Below, piece by piece: positions 38,111-51,430 of a stretch of DNA of 64,000 nucleotides (positions are counted from its first letter, which is position 1; each line of letters starts with the position of its first letter). A model generated the notes under the pieces. The model had not been told where the DNA came from. It did not search any database and was given only the letters and a program-made list of their open reading frames with translations. A program made the position numbers and the translations under genes. This stretch comes from Felis catus (Eukaryota): NCBI RefSeq assembly GCF_018350175.1, contig NC_058368.1, positions 27,282,001 to 27,346,000 of the forward strand, in the 5' to 3' direction.

Positions 38111-40770
38111 TATCTTATAAGGATCAAGTGAGATGGTGCTTAGGGAGACCCTTTGAAAAGCTAAACAGGGCTACACAAAGAAAATAGATTATTCTAAGTA
38201 ATACTACCTCCATGATATTAATGGAGTCACTATTTGTCATTTTTGTTTCATATTTAAATTTGGACCAACTACTTAACCCCCTTGAAAAAAGGGGGAAAGG
38301 AAGGAAAAGAATAACGACAGATGAAAGGCAGAAACATCTGGTAGGGTCAGCTCTTCGAAGATGTTTGTCTAGAAAGGGAGCAGGTAAATTGAGAGGTACT
38401 TGGGAATATGGGCTCAAGAGAAAATTTAAGACAAACTGGGACGATGATACACTTTTGGAAGCAGACCCTTCGATAGGAAGAAGTCTTTGGAGATGTCATG
38501 TGAACGTAAAGGAAGAATCCCAAACCTCCTGATTTGGGTAGAGCTTTCCTTTGCATATTAAAGGTCGTGACACTAAAGTGCAAAAAAATAGTGAACCTTG
38601 GGTCTAGGATCAAATAACGAGCCACCGAGAGGGAGGGTCTTAAAACACAAAATGAAATACACTATTGATTGACACAGTCTTGTCCTTGCCAAAATTTTGT
38701 ATATAATTCCTGAATTTTTACAGACGTTTTCCTCGATAAATAAGAGAACGATTACGTGTGCCCACAGAAGAGAGCATTGGACACAGCCATCTGGTTCGAC
38801 ACCACTTCTCTCTTCTGAGTAATCTCCCCTCTGAAGAGTTAAGTTTCCATGTCTAAAGCTCATTTATTTACCTTGACTTCCTATCTTTGTGCTGTAACTC
38901 ATTCTAAATATTTACTTTGGCTAATCAATGGATTATTGTGAGGCCCATTGCAGTTCACACGGCTTTTGGAAATGACAAGAGTTATTATTTCTCCTGCTGT
39001 GAAATAATAATGCCTCACTTCCCTGTTTGAACCTGCTGTCCGAGTACATGCAATACTTGTGAATAATAGATCTCTCACAGTCCTCACCTCCTTTGAAGCA
39101 TTCACGCTGCATCTTATATTTGCATACAAGTTATTTTTGCTTGTTCTTGCTAGGTCACATGCTAGGTCAGAGGACCAACAAATCATTTCTGTCTCTCCAC
39201 CCTCTCTCCTTCCCCTCTCCACCATCCCACTTCCAAATGTAGTGCATGCAGTGTTATTTGTAATCCCGCAGGAAAGAATAGGCCAGCCCAGCCATTACTT
39301 CCCCAGACCCTAGTGGTTTGCTTCCATGAAATACAGTTCCACGCCTGAACAAAGAGGTATTTGCACATAAACAAGATGACTATACTTAGCCTGGTGAAAT
39401 TCCCACCATTTTCACTGGGGAAAACTAGTAAAACATTTGACTTCTCCTTGCTGGGTATCTGAACTTAGTGCCAGTAAGGGTAAATCCCTTAATCTCTGTG
39501 ACCTTTAGGTTCTGTGTTAGAAGATGGGCCTACCAGTAATATCCATTTCACTATCCTTTTTTTTCAAGGATCGAGTGGCTTGTGTATTATGAAATTTAAA
39601 ACGGGAGAGTAGGAGATGCCTTGGGATGAGTGAAGTCCGTTATACACTTTAATTATCTGACCATTTGCATCTCTGAGTTTCTAGAACGGACTCAGAGGAA
39701 TTGTATATTTAACGTTTTGACAGTGCCAAGTTGTCTTCTACAAAAGCTGAACCCACATTACAACTCACACCGATAGTGGGTATTTTTAAATCAGTTGAAT
39801 CTTTACTACCTCCATGGGTGAGAAATGACGTCACACATCTCTTTGCATCGCTTTGAGGACCCTGTTGGGGAGTCTTTGGGATGTTTTCAAACTGTATGAA
39901 TGACTCCGCTGTTGAGTATCTCTGATTCTTTATTTCCCATTTGGAATATTTCTTCAGGATCATTTTCCAGTCAACAGACAATAGGGCCATTTCAGTTGCT
40001 CTTGAGACATCACAAAATTACTTTGCAAAAGGGTTTCACAATTTATATTGAATATATATTTATATATACAATATATATTCAGAGATGCCTAAATGTTTTT
40101 GTTTTAGCATCCTTGCTGACTCTGGGTGTTACTGAAATTATTTTTGCTAATTTAGGACAAGCGAAAGAGGTTGCCTTTTTATTGCCCGGGAACCATCATT
40201 TAAAGGGCCTCCCGATGGGGCTGTAGCCAGATGGAAGCCTGGCAGTGACACCAGAGGTTTATTTTCTGTTCTTTCACCTGCTGGTTAATAATTAGGCAAT
40301 ATTTCCAGGCCCACAGTTGGATCAGATTGAACTGCTCTTGCTGAGCTGTTAATGATTCGGAAACACCTTCCCCTACCTCCCCGCCTATCTAAATTCTTCC
40401 AGCTTCTTTGAGGGCACCTCAATTCCCAGGTCATTCAAATAGCCTTCCCTGATTGCCCCTTCCCACCCACCCCAAGGCAATTACTGCTCTTACCATATGG
40501 TTTGACCCTGAGCTATAGTCAATTTGTTTCCATTATTTGCTTTGCTTCTAAGAGTTTGTAAAATGGATACACTCCACCGGTAAGGTGATGTTAACGCAAT
40601 GCCTTTTCTCTTCAGGTTTTTACTCTGTAAGTAGACACTTCCCAGAGCAGTGCTGGCCACACATAGGTGCATAATTAACATTAGCAGCTGTGTTGAACTC
40701 AACCCCTTGTCAAAGAGATTTTACTCCAAAAGATAACGGAGAGTAAGAAGCACTGTAGCCTTTCCACACA

Positions 40771-40791
40771 CTAGGAACACTGTGTTCCTAG
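40771..40791. promoter_or_regulatory. Perfect palindrome containing an IR3 steroid-receptor-type element GGAACActgTGTTCC
   Basis: ctaggaacac-t-gtgttcctag, followed by two AGAACA half-sites; function unproven. Confidence 0.35.
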
Positions 40792-41354
40792 AACACAGAA
40801 CAGGCAGACCAAATGTATTATTATACTTTGCTTGCAGACATTATTGTTTTTCCACCATTCTGCTGTCCTTTGTAGGTCCCTTTCCCTAATGGTCTCTTCT
40901 TGATGAGTCTTCTAGCATATTCCAGTGAACAAGATTAGTTTCTCCTCAAACAAAATACCATAGGCATGCCCACACAGTGGGTTGAATTTCTCCTCTATTT
41001 AGGTCATGTCTCTTAAGTGACACCGATCCACTTAATCCTGGCAGCCTTCATTGTTATTATTGACTCTGTCTCTAATGTTAGCATTTTCCAGCGCTGCTAT
41101 TTTCAGAATGTACCTGCTCGTGTCATTCATGCGTCTTTTGTCCAGAATCTCTGGTTTCGCTGACATACCGAGCTTCTCCAGCTGGGGGAGAGTTTCCACG
41201 CAACTGTGGCTAACTTTGCCTTCCCGGCGTAAAGTACCTCCAAATCATGGATGTTCAATTTTACCCCCTGTACTGGGACTTCTAAGCCACTGATTCTCTG
41301 GTATGAATCCTTGTCAAATGTTCAAAAGCACCTGGATGTATGGGTCTATCTGTG

Positions 41355-41355
41355 T

Positions 41356-41398
<43 letters not shown>

Positions 41399-41515
41399 GT
41401 GTGTGTATATGTTTATATGTGTATATATTTTTATATTACATATGTTTATAAATGTGTGCTTATATAATCACGTATACAGATGTGCTTACGTATGTATATG
41501 TGTGTGTCTATATAT
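41355..41515. repeat. (GTATGT)n and TA/TG low-complexity tract
   Basis: Seen directly. Confidence 0.9.
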
Positions 41516-41699
41516 CTTCTAGTCGTTAGAATAGAATTAAAGCTATTAACAGAGGTGTTCAAATCTTTCTTTTTAACCTTAAAACACTTCTGTATGATCA
41601 CTCAGGCAGGAAGTCAATAGGCATAAAAGATAGTGATTATCTAGTTGAATAGTGGGGATGAAAAGGCCGTTGGGACATTGTTCTAAACCATGATTTGTC

Positions 41700-42150
41700 C
41701 CCTGCTGTTGATCATATCTCTTCACCATAACCCTCACCCACCAGGCTCCATTCACATTGGCCTCTTTTTACATCTGGAATTTACTAAAGTTGTCCTTTCC
41801 CCTGGGGCTTTGCTCTACCCATCCCCCTGTCCAGAACCTGCTTACCTAGACTTTCCCACTTCCCACAACCTGGCTCCTTGTTACTAGAAACTCAAATCAA
41901 AAGTCACATTTCCACAGAGACCTTCCTTGACCTGCCAAATGGCTTCTCCCCTTCTTTCCCACTCCCAGGTAACCCTTACACCCCTACCCACTCCCGGGAA
42001 GTAACTTCTTTCTTATGGTTTGTTTATGTCCCAGTAGGAGGCGAGTTTCCAGGACAGTAGGCAGCTAGTCTGTCTTGCTCCAAGTTATACTTCCAGTTCT
42101 TAAAAACAATGCCTGGCATACAGGAGACAATAAATATGCGCCGGGAGGAA
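41700..42150 (+). mobile_element. L2 3' portion
   Basis: gtcacatttccacagagaccttccttgacc...acaatgcctggcatacaggagacaataaata. Confidence 0.65.
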
Positions 42151-42532
42151 AACGCATCAATGGAGCACTAGCTTTAGAGGAGTCTCAGACCCTCATATGA
42201 TTTCCTTCTCCTGCTTCTAAATCCCTTGGGGTTTACATTTTAACATTCTGTTTTTAAAGGTGTTTCACAAAGCTTTTCCTAGATTTTAGGTTATCAAAGC
42301 ACATTTTGTTTTTTGAACTCTAATTCCTACTAGGAATTTGAAAGCTTATGGTGAAAAGCTGCTTTGCAGAATAAACTACAGTGAGTTAAGAATCGGTTCT
42401 AAACATTTTAAAAGAACAGCTTAGGAAAACTTCTCTCTACTAAAGGAAGTGAAATTTCAAAGTTCATTTCCCAAAACAAATCACCAAGACGCCATGTTCT
42501 TTTACCATTTAATTTATAATGCCTACAAGTAA

Positions 42533-42742
42533 TTTTTTTTTAATTTTTTAAAAATTTATTAATATATATTTTGAGAGAGAACAAGAGCAGGGGAGGGGCA
42601 GGGAGAAAGAGAGAATCCCAAGCGAGCTCCATGCTAATAGCACAGAGCCTGATGTGGGACTTGATCTCGCCAAGTGTGAGATCTTGACCTGAGCCAGGAT
42701 CAAGAGCCAGACGCTTAACTGACTGAGCCACCCAGGTGCCCC
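42533..42742 (-). mobile_element. CanSINE
   Basis: T tail, GA tract, ctgagccacccaggtgcccc. Confidence 0.92.
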
Positions 42743-43758
42743 TATTTCTAATTTTTTAACTATCCAAACAAAAAGCTAAAAATTTTACCTCCAAGCCAAC
42801 AATGGGTGATAAAAAGTCATTTATTAATATTATTCTTTGGCAAACATTAGTTTCAATCAATTTTTCCCAGTTATAGACTTACTGAATGGGAAACACCTTG
42901 TAAGCATACCATTTGCTTGGGAAAAACAATATGTTAATATAGTAATGTAATTTTTGTTCTCTTCATTCTTTTATCATAGAATAGTCTACCAGTGCTGAAC
43001 TGGACTTATAGCTCTAAAAATTACTTTGTATAGAGTTAACTTTTCCTAGGCCTATCTGTCCAATCTTAAATAAGCCCCTTGGGAACACAACAACAACATT
43101 GCTACAAAGAAATTTTTTACATCATCATCATGTTTTGGTAATGAGGAGGAAAGATGTGTCATGTGAATCCAGATTCATTCATTTACCATCAAAGATAGAA
43201 TTAAAAGGGGAAAAAAGGAACTTGGAGTGCACAGAGAACTTTAATAGCATAATAGTATTTTAAAAAACGTAATACATAACAGCTTAAAGGTGAAAGAAAA
43301 TGTTGTAATTTGAAGGCTCAGAAATAACCACTACTTATATCAATGTATTTCATTCAAGTCACTTTTTCTGCAAATGTATAAACAAATATATTTGATTCTA
43401 AAAATTTGGTTTATCACTTTTCCTTAGCAGGAGGGGAAAAGGACAGTTTCTCATGTCAGTAAATATTCTTTGGATGCAAAATAATTGACTTCGCTACACA
43501 TATTGTGGGTCCGTTCCTCAAATCCTTGCTAATACTGCTATTATTTATTACATTTTGAGTCTTTGCTAATAAGATGGGTGAAAAGTATCTTGCTTTTATT
43601 TAAAACTTTCAAATCTTTTTTTTTTTTTTTTGAGTATAGTCAATATACAATGTGACATTAATTCCAGGTGTACAACTTAGGGGTTGACAATTTTATATAT
43701 ATTATGTTCTAAAGTATAGCTACCATCTGTGGAATTATTAGATCATATGATACTTCTC

Positions 43759-43973
43759 TTTTTTATTATTTTTTAATGTTTATTTATTTTTGAGAGAGCT
43801 AGACAGAATGTGAACAGGGGAGGGGCAGAGAGAGAGGGAGACACAGAATCTGAAGCAGACTCCAGGCTCTGAGCTGTCAGCACAGAGCCCCACACAGGCT
43901 CGAACTCACAAACCGTGAGATCATGACCTGAGCTATGGTTGGATGCTTAACTAACTGAGCCACCCAGGTGCCC
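43759..43973 (-). mobile_element. CanSINE nested in L1
   Basis: TSD gatcatatg(a/g)ta(c/t)ttct. Confidence 0.92.
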
Positions 43974-43996
43974 TGAGGATCATATGGTATTTCTAG

Positions 43997-44220
43997 TTTT
44001 TTTATTTTTTAATTTTTTTAAACATTTATTTATTTTTGAGGGTGAGGGTGGGGCAGAGAGAGACAGAGTGAAAGAGCAAAGGGAGAGAGAGAATCCCAAG
44101 CAGGATCCACACTGCCAGTGCAGAGGCTGATGTGGGGCTCGACCTCATGAACTGTGAGATCAGGACCTGAGCTGAAATCAAGAGTTGGACGTTCAGTCAA
44201 CTGAGCCATCCAGGCACCTG
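43997..44220 (-). mobile_element. CanSINE nested in L1
   Basis: TSD ggtatttcta. Confidence 0.9.
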
Positions 44221-44352
44221 GTATTTCTATTTTTAATTTCGTAAGGAACTTCTATACTGTTTTCCACAGTGGCTATCCCAATTTACATTCCCACCAGTGG
44301 TGCACAAGGGTTCCTTTTTTTCTACATTCTCACCAACATTTCTTTTCTTGTG

Positions 44353-44570
44353 TTTTTTTTTTTTTTTTCAACGTTTATTTATTTTTGGGACAGAGAGAGA
44401 CAGAGCATGAACGGGGGAGGGGCAGAGAGAGAGGGAGACACAGAATCGGAAACAGGCTCCAGGCTCTGAGCCATCAGCCCAGAGCCCGACGCAGGGCTCG
44501 AACTCACAGACCGCGAGATCGTGACCTGGCTGAAGTCGGACGCTTAACCGACTGCGCCACCCAGGCGCCC
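44353..44570 (-). mobile_element. Young SINEC_Fc nested in L1
   Basis: Near-consensus; TSD cttgtgtttttttt. Confidence 0.95.
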
Positions 44571-45783
44571 CTTGTGTTTTTTTTTTATTTTAGCCATTCT
44601 CACAGGTGTGAGGTGATATCTCGTTATGGTTTTGATTTACATTTCCTTGATGATGAGTGACATTGAGCATCTTATCACATATGTGTCTGTTGTCCATCTA
44701 TAGGTCTTCTTTGGAAAGATGTCTATTCAGCCCCTCTGCCCATTTTTTAAATCAGATTGTTTGTTTTTGTTGTTGTTATTGTTGAGTTGCAAAAGTTGTA
44801 TGTTGGCGTATAAGTTGCATATATAAGTTTGGATACTGACTCCTTATCAGATATATCATTTGCAAATATCTTATCCTGTTTAGTAGGTTGTCTTTTGTTT
44901 TCTTGACGGTTTCCTTTGCTGTGAAATAGCTTTTTATTCTGAGGTAGTCCCAATCATTTATTTGGGATTATAATCATTTATTCGGGAAACCAATCATTTG
45001 CTTTCCCTTGCCTTAGAAGACATATCTAGAAAAATGTTGCTTTGGCTAATGTCAGGGAAATTACTGCCTGGGTTCTCTTCTAGGATTTTTGTGGTTTCGG
45101 GTCTCACACTCAGATCTTTAATCCATTTTGAGGTTTTTTTTTGTGTATATGGTGTTAGAACATAGTCTGGTTTCATCATTTTACATAACGCTGTCCAGTT
45201 TTTCCAACACCATTACTGAAAAACTTTTACCCATTGTATACTCTTGCCTCCTTTGTCACAGATTAATTGACCATACAAACGTAGGCTGATTTCTGGGTTT
45301 TCTTTTCTGTTCCATTGATCGGTCTATTTTTGTGCCATTTCCCTACTGTTTTGACTACTACAACTTTGTAGTATATCTTTATATCTGAAATTGTTATACT
45401 TCTAGCTGTGTTCTTTCTCAAGATTGCTTTGGCATTTTGAGGTCTTTTGTGGTTCCATACAAATTTTAGTATTATTTGTTCTAGTTTTGTGAAAAATGCT
45501 GTTGGTATTATGATACAGATTACGTTGAGTCTCTAGATTGCTTTGGGTAATATTGACAGTTTAACAATATTTGTTCTTCCAATCCATGAACATGGAATAT
45601 CTTTCCATTTGTTTGTTATCTTCACTTTCTTTCATCAGTGTTTTATAGTTTTCAGAGTACAGGTCTCACATCTCCTTGGTTAGGTTTATTCCTTGGTATT
45701 TTATTCTTTTTGGTGCAATTGTAAATGGAATTGCTTTCTTAATTTCACTTTCTGTGACTTTGTTGTATAGAAACAAACTTTTT

Positions 45784-46495
45784 TTTGTGGATTTTATTTT
45801 ATTTTATTTTTTATTTATTTTTTTTATTTTATTTTTTTTCTTTATTTTTTTTATATGAAATTTATTGACAAATTGGTTTCCATACAACACCCAGTGCTCA
45901 TCCCAAAAGGTGCCCTCCTCAATACCCATCACCCACCCTCTCCCCCCTCCCACCCCCCATCAACCCTCAGTTTGTTCTCAGTTTTTAAGAGTCTCTTATG
46001 CTTTGGCTCTCTCCCACTCTAACCTGTTGTTTTTTTTTTTTTCCTTCCCCTCCCCCATGGGTTCCTGTTAAGTTTCTCAGGATCCACATAAGAGTGAAAC
46101 CATATGGTATCTGTCTTTCTCTGTATGGCTTATTTCACTTAGCATCACACTCTCCAGTTCCATCCACGTTGCTACAAAGGGCCATATTTCGTTCTTTCTC
46201 ATTGCCACGTAATATTCCATTGTGTATATAAACCACAATTTCTTTATCCATTCATCAGTTGATGGACATTTAGGCTGTTTCCATAATTTGGCTATTGTTG
46301 AGAGTGCTGCTATGAACATTGGGGTACAAGTGGCCCTATGCATCAGTACTCCTGTATCCCTTGGATAAATTCCTAGCAGTGCTATTGCTGGGTCATAGGG
46401 TAGGTCTATTTTTAATTTTCTGAGGAACCTCCACAGTGCTTTCCAGAGCGGCTGCACCAATTTGCATTCCCACCAACAGTGCAAGAGGGTTCCCG
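45784..46495 (-). mobile_element. 5'-truncated young L1 (L1_Fc-type)
   Basis: ORF 46077..46532(-) contains the ORF2 C-terminus; perfect TSD agaaacaaacttttt at 45769-45783 and 46496-46510. Confidence 0.95.
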
Positions 46496-46504
46496 AGAAA
46501 CAAA

Positions 46505-46632
46505 CTTTTTCTGAGAGAGAGAGAGCGTGCACACTCAGGGGAAGGGCAGGGGGAGAAGGAGAGAGAGTATCTTAAGCAGGTGTTCCACTGTCAGCACAGA
46601 GCCCAAACCCAACGAGGGCCACCCAGGCAGCC
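46505..46632 (-). mobile_element. Internally deleted CanSINE
   Basis: GA tract, ctgtcagcacagagccc...gccacccaggcagcc; degenerate TSD atagaaa. Confidence 0.75.
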
Positions 46633-46656
46633 TCATAGAAATGAATCTTTTCAAAT

Positions 46657-47209
46657 CTTTTTTTTTAACATTATTTATTGTCAAATTGGTTTCCATACAA
46701 CACCCAGTGCTCATTCCAACAAGTGCCCTCCTCCCTGCCCATCATCTACTTTCCCCTCTCCCCCACCCCCCATCTACCCTTAGTTTGTTCTCAGTCCTTA
46801 AGAGTCTTTTAGGGTTTGCCTCCCTCCCTCTCTGTAACTTTCGTTCTTTTCCCCCCCTTACCTTCCCCCATGGTCTTCTGTCAAGTTTCTCAAGATCCAC
46901 ATAGGAGTGAAAACATATCTTTCTCTGCCTGGCTTATTTCACTTAGCATAATACCCTCCAGTTCCATCCACATTGCTGCAAATGGCCAGATTCCATTCTC
47001 TCTCATTGCCAACTAGTATTCCATTGTATATATAAACCACATCTTCTTTTATCCATTCGTCAGTTGATGGACATTTAGGTTCTTTCCATCATTTGGCTAT
47101 TGTTGAAAGTGCTGCTATAAGCATTGGGGTCTGTGTGCCCCGATGCATCAGCACTCCTGTATCCTTTGGGTGGATTCCTAGCAGTGCTATTGCTGGGTCA
47201 TAGGGTAGT
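46657..47209 (-). mobile_element. Carnivore L1 3' fragment
   Basis: atttattgtcaaattggtttccatacaacacccagtgc...gctgggtcatagggtag. Confidence 0.9.
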
Positions 47210-47694
47210 TTGTAAGAGCGTCCCCATTTAAGCAGCAGAGAATCTCTCCCTCCCATCTGGGAAGCAGGGAAACCTTCCTCTAGCTCTGGACGCCTCAGGC
47301 CCTTCTAACCCTGTGGTGCCAGGTGCTAACATACCACACGTTTCATTTCTCTGCGCTCTCCACATAATATCCTTTTCTGAGGAAGTGAGCCCTGAGCAGT
47401 CTAATTGGAATTATGGTATCGGGTAAGGGACCAAGGAACACCCAAGAAAAACTGGAATATCATTTCAAGTATATTTTCCTGACGCACAGAGAAGACCCAG
47501 CTGTGATGACTGTTATCTCTGCGTTCAGGAGTGACAGGGAAAACTGTGTTTCACCCGGCAATGCTTACGACGGTCCTCCTTTTAATTATTTCAAAAAGCC
47601 TGTGCACTGTTGGAAACCCCACCTCCCGACAGACGTATTTTCCTCCTGAATGCCTTTGCTCAGAATACACCACCACTTTTGGGGTTGAAGAGCT

Positions 47695-47940
47695 GCGTGG
47701 CATAGTGGAAAAACCATGGGCTAAGAGCCAGACTGTGCTGTGCAGAAATGTTCTCACCAGCCATGTGAGCAAAAGCAAGTTATTGAACTTCTTGGGCCTC
47801 AGTTTTCTTGTGTGGAAGAAAAGGGAATTCTATCATCTACCTCATGGGGTTGTTGTTGGAATTGATAGGATAATGTGTACAATGCCCCTTTTACATTGCA
47901 CTGTATGCAGAAGGGACTCAATAAGGGGTGGTATTAGGTA
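47695..47940 (+). mobile_element. MIR
   Basis: gcgtggcatagtggaaaa...caagttattgaacttcttgggcctcagttttctt...ctacctcatggggttgttg. Confidence 0.75.
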
Positions 47941-48012
47941 ATTATATTTTGAGATTGTGGTCTTGTCCAGTCCTCTCTCCCAGAAGATGTTGCTGCATCA
48001 GCAGAGGAAGGA

Positions 48013-48231
48013 CTTTTTTTTTTTTTTAAGTTGATTTATTTTGAGAGAGACAGAGACAGCATGAGTCGGGGAGGGGCAGAGAGAGATTGGGAGAGAGAAT
48101 CCCACGCAGGCTCTGCGCTGTTCAGCACGGAGCCTGGTGTGGGGCTCGAACCCATGGAACCAGGAGATCATGACCTGAGCTGAAACCAAGAGTGTTTGAA
48201 GCTCAACCAGCTGAGCCCCGCAGGCGCCCCC
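48013..48231 (-). mobile_element. CanSINE
   Basis: TSD gaggaag(g/c)actt. Confidence 0.92.
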
Positions 48232-48339
48232 TGGAGGAAGCACTTGTATTTCTTGTTCCTCTTGTGCTTGGCCATGGCCGCTGGGAGGTGCTGCTGTCCT
48301 CTGTCCTCTACAGTTGCTGTTGCATCAGCAAAGCTGTGT

Positions 48340-48590
48340 TAATAGTAATAATTAGGCTTACCTTTACTGTGTGTGTGTCCCCCGCCTTTTCCTAAGCATC
48401 TTGTAGTTCTATCTCATCTACCCTTATCCAACCACATAGCTGCTATTGTTATAAATAAGCACGCCAAGGCATCGAGAGGCTGAGGAGTCTATTCTAGGTC
48501 ATACTGATAGTGAGGGGTACAGCCGGGATGGGAACACCAGCATCCTGGCTCCCCTAACCATCAGTCTCCCACATTTTGCAACACTGCCTG
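48340..48590 (-). mobile_element. MIR, degraded
   Basis: aggcatcgagaggctgagg...aggtcatactgatagtgaggggtacagccgggat. Confidence 0.5.
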
Positions 48591-49733
48591 CCTAGAGCGT
48601 CAGCCTTCATCTCCTGGGATGGGTAACTCAGAAGGACATGAAAACACCTGCTGGAAGGAGAGAAGGAGGCTGCTCAGAATGGAGTGTCATTAACCCGCAG
48701 GATGGTGTCCAGAGGGAGCAGAGCCACTGCCAAACAAAATCTATGCATTCTGCTAACAGCAAACCAGCTTTGTACTTCCCTCAGTAAAGAATCTCCACAA
48801 TGCCAGAATTCCTGTGGATGGTAATGGTGTCATTTCTGTAATTGCAGTCCTATAAACACGAGCAGCAGGAGACCAGGAGGGAAGCCTTTGTAGATAGCAC
48901 CATAGGGTCTGTCGCCTTTGAGTAAATAAATAGACCTTATTTATTAAGCATGTAGAATTTATTTAAAATACTCATTTCTAACGGAAGCAATAGAAGGATA
49001 TATGAATTTCCCATGGATTGCAAACCTAAAACAGTAATATTGCAATAATAGCAATATCTGAACTAGCTTTGTCTTAATACTCCTTTTAGCACCCGAGATA
49101 ATGATGTTTCTCTCGATTCTATTTTAATCTGAAATACAAACAGCTTAGGCTTTGCTTGCCTTGAATCATTATTATGGTGAGGTTGAGCCATCTGTGTTTT
49201 TCTTATTCTGCTCATAGCTCCAAGGAGAAGTCTTGAAATTGAACAAGTTGGGAGAATTTCTGTGGAGTAAATTCAAACATACAGTGACATCTAAAACCCT
49301 GCAAGATTTTTATGTTGCCTGGGAACCTTTTTCTCTCTTGGATTGAGTTAGGAGTGAGAATTAATCTCACCCTGCCAAATCATTTTCACAACTCTTTGAG
49401 GTCTGGAGCCATGTTTCTTACCAAATTTTGCTCACTTCGTGTATAATCCCCCCAATCTGCTTCTTCTTGACTTCTGAGATTATAAAATTGGCTGTTTGTT
49501 TAAATCAGGATCTTTCAAGGCTCTTGTTGGGAGACTAAATAGCTTTATATACGCACAACGAGTATTTTTAAATTCGCCTCAGGAAGAACAGCCATACCCT
49601 CCTGTAATTCATTCCCTGGTTGAGACTGAGACTTTGGATAGATTTACCTTAACAGTGCTGAAAATTACCTGAAAATCTGTTGGTTTTTTGTAGCTTTAAT
49701 AAAGTATAATTGACATACACTAAAGTGTACATA

Positions 49734-49960
49734 TTTTTTTATTTTTTTTTAAACATTTATTTTTGAGAGACAGAGAGAGACAAGAGAGAGAGAGCACAAG
49801 CAGGGGAGGGGCAGAGAGAGGGGGAGACACAGAATCCGAAGCAGGCTCTGGGCTCTGAGCTGTCAGTACAGAGCCTGACGTGGGGCTTGAACCCACAAAC
49901 TGTGAGATCATGACCTGAGCAGAAGTCGGACACCCAATCAGCTGAGCCATTCAGGTGCCC
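49734..49960 (-). mobile_element. CanSINE nested in L1
   Basis: T tail, GA tract, head. Confidence 0.92.
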
Positions 49961-51195
49961 TGTCAATATCTGACTTCTTTCACTCAGTGTAATTATTCTA
50001 AAAGCCACCCATGTTGTCATGTGCATTAACAGTTAAAGGGAACTAGTGAAAGAGATTACCCTTGGCCTGTTCCTAATCTTATAAGGGAAATACAATTAAA
50101 TATGAGGACACCAGTACATCATCTTTATTAGGTTAAGGAAGTTTCCTTCAAATTTTAGATTTCTAAGAGAATGGATATTGGATTTTTTAAAATGCTTTTT
50201 CTGCATCTGTGGAGATGATCACAGGTTTTTGTTTTGTTGTTTTTTTTTTTTTCTTTTTCAGTCCGCCACTTTGGCAAATTACATTGATTGACTTTTTTAT
50301 TGAAACCAATCTTGCATTCCTGGGATGAATTCTATTTAGTCATGATGTATTGTCCTTTATGTAGATCATTAGATTCAATTTGCTAAAATTTTGCATTGAA
50401 GCTAATGACAGATATTGTCTATAATTTTCTCTGAATGTCTCTTTCCGGTCTTCGTATCAGGGTAATGCTGGCCTCATAAAATCATTTGGGAAGTAGTCCC
50501 TCGTCTTCAAAATTCTGGAAGAGTTTGTATACTAGAATTGCTGGGGTTTTTTTTTCTTTAATATTTAATTTCTACTAGGGCAGAGTTCCCCAGTTCAGTC
50601 TTCTGGGATTGAAATTTCTTTGTGAAAATGCTTTTAACTACAAATCCTGTTTCTTTAATAGGGGCTACATAGATTATTTGTTTTTTTCCTTTTGTGACCA
50701 TTGGTAATTTGAGTCTTTCAGGGAATCTGTCCCATCATTTAAGTTGTCAAATGTATTGACATAAATGTGTTCACGGTGTTTCTTTATACCTATAATTGGT
50801 ATGGGCCCTGTAGTTACATTACCCTCTATCACGCCCCCTCTTGGTATTTTGTGTCCTTCTCCCTTCTCCTTCCGAAGGCTGACTGGCGGTTTATCTGTTT
50901 TATTGATCTTCACAAATATCTGACATTTGGTTTCACAGATTTTCTCTATAATTTTTCTGTTTTATATTTCATTGATTCTTGCTCTTATCTTTACTATTTC
51001 CTTTTCTGCCTATATTAGACTTAATTTGCTCTTCTTTTTCCATTTTTTTTAAAAAGTGGATCCAGAGTCATTGATTTGAGACTCTTTTCTAATATAGGCA
51101 TTTATTTAGTGCCATAAATTTCCTTCTGAGTACTGCTTTAGCCATATCCTATGAGTTGCAATATGCTGTTTTTATTCTCATTTAGTTCAAAATAC

Positions 51196-51430
51196 TTTTT
51201 TTTTCATTTTTAAAATTTTTTTTTTCAACGTTTATTTATTTTTGGGACAGAGAGAGACAGAGCATGAACGGGGGAGGGGCAGAGAGAGAGAGGGAGACAC
51301 AGAATCGGAAACAGGCTCCAGGCTCTGAGCCATCAGCCCAGAGCCTGACGCGGGGCTCGAACTCCCGGACCGCGAGATCGTGACCCGGCTGAAGTCAGAC
51401 GCTTAACCGACTACACCACCCAGGCGCCCC
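51196..51430 (-). mobile_element. Young SINEC_Fc nested in L1
   Basis: TSD agttcaaaatacttt. Confidence 0.95.

Larger units (their letters stand above)
43615..45770 (-). mobile_element. Older L1 (L1_Carn/L1MA-like) 3' part with three nested SINEs
   Basis: Poly-T plus gagtatagtcaatatacaatg 3' end; degenerate ORF2 peptides in ORFs 44747..44953 and 44994..45179 ([20 protein letters not shown]). Confidence 0.88.
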
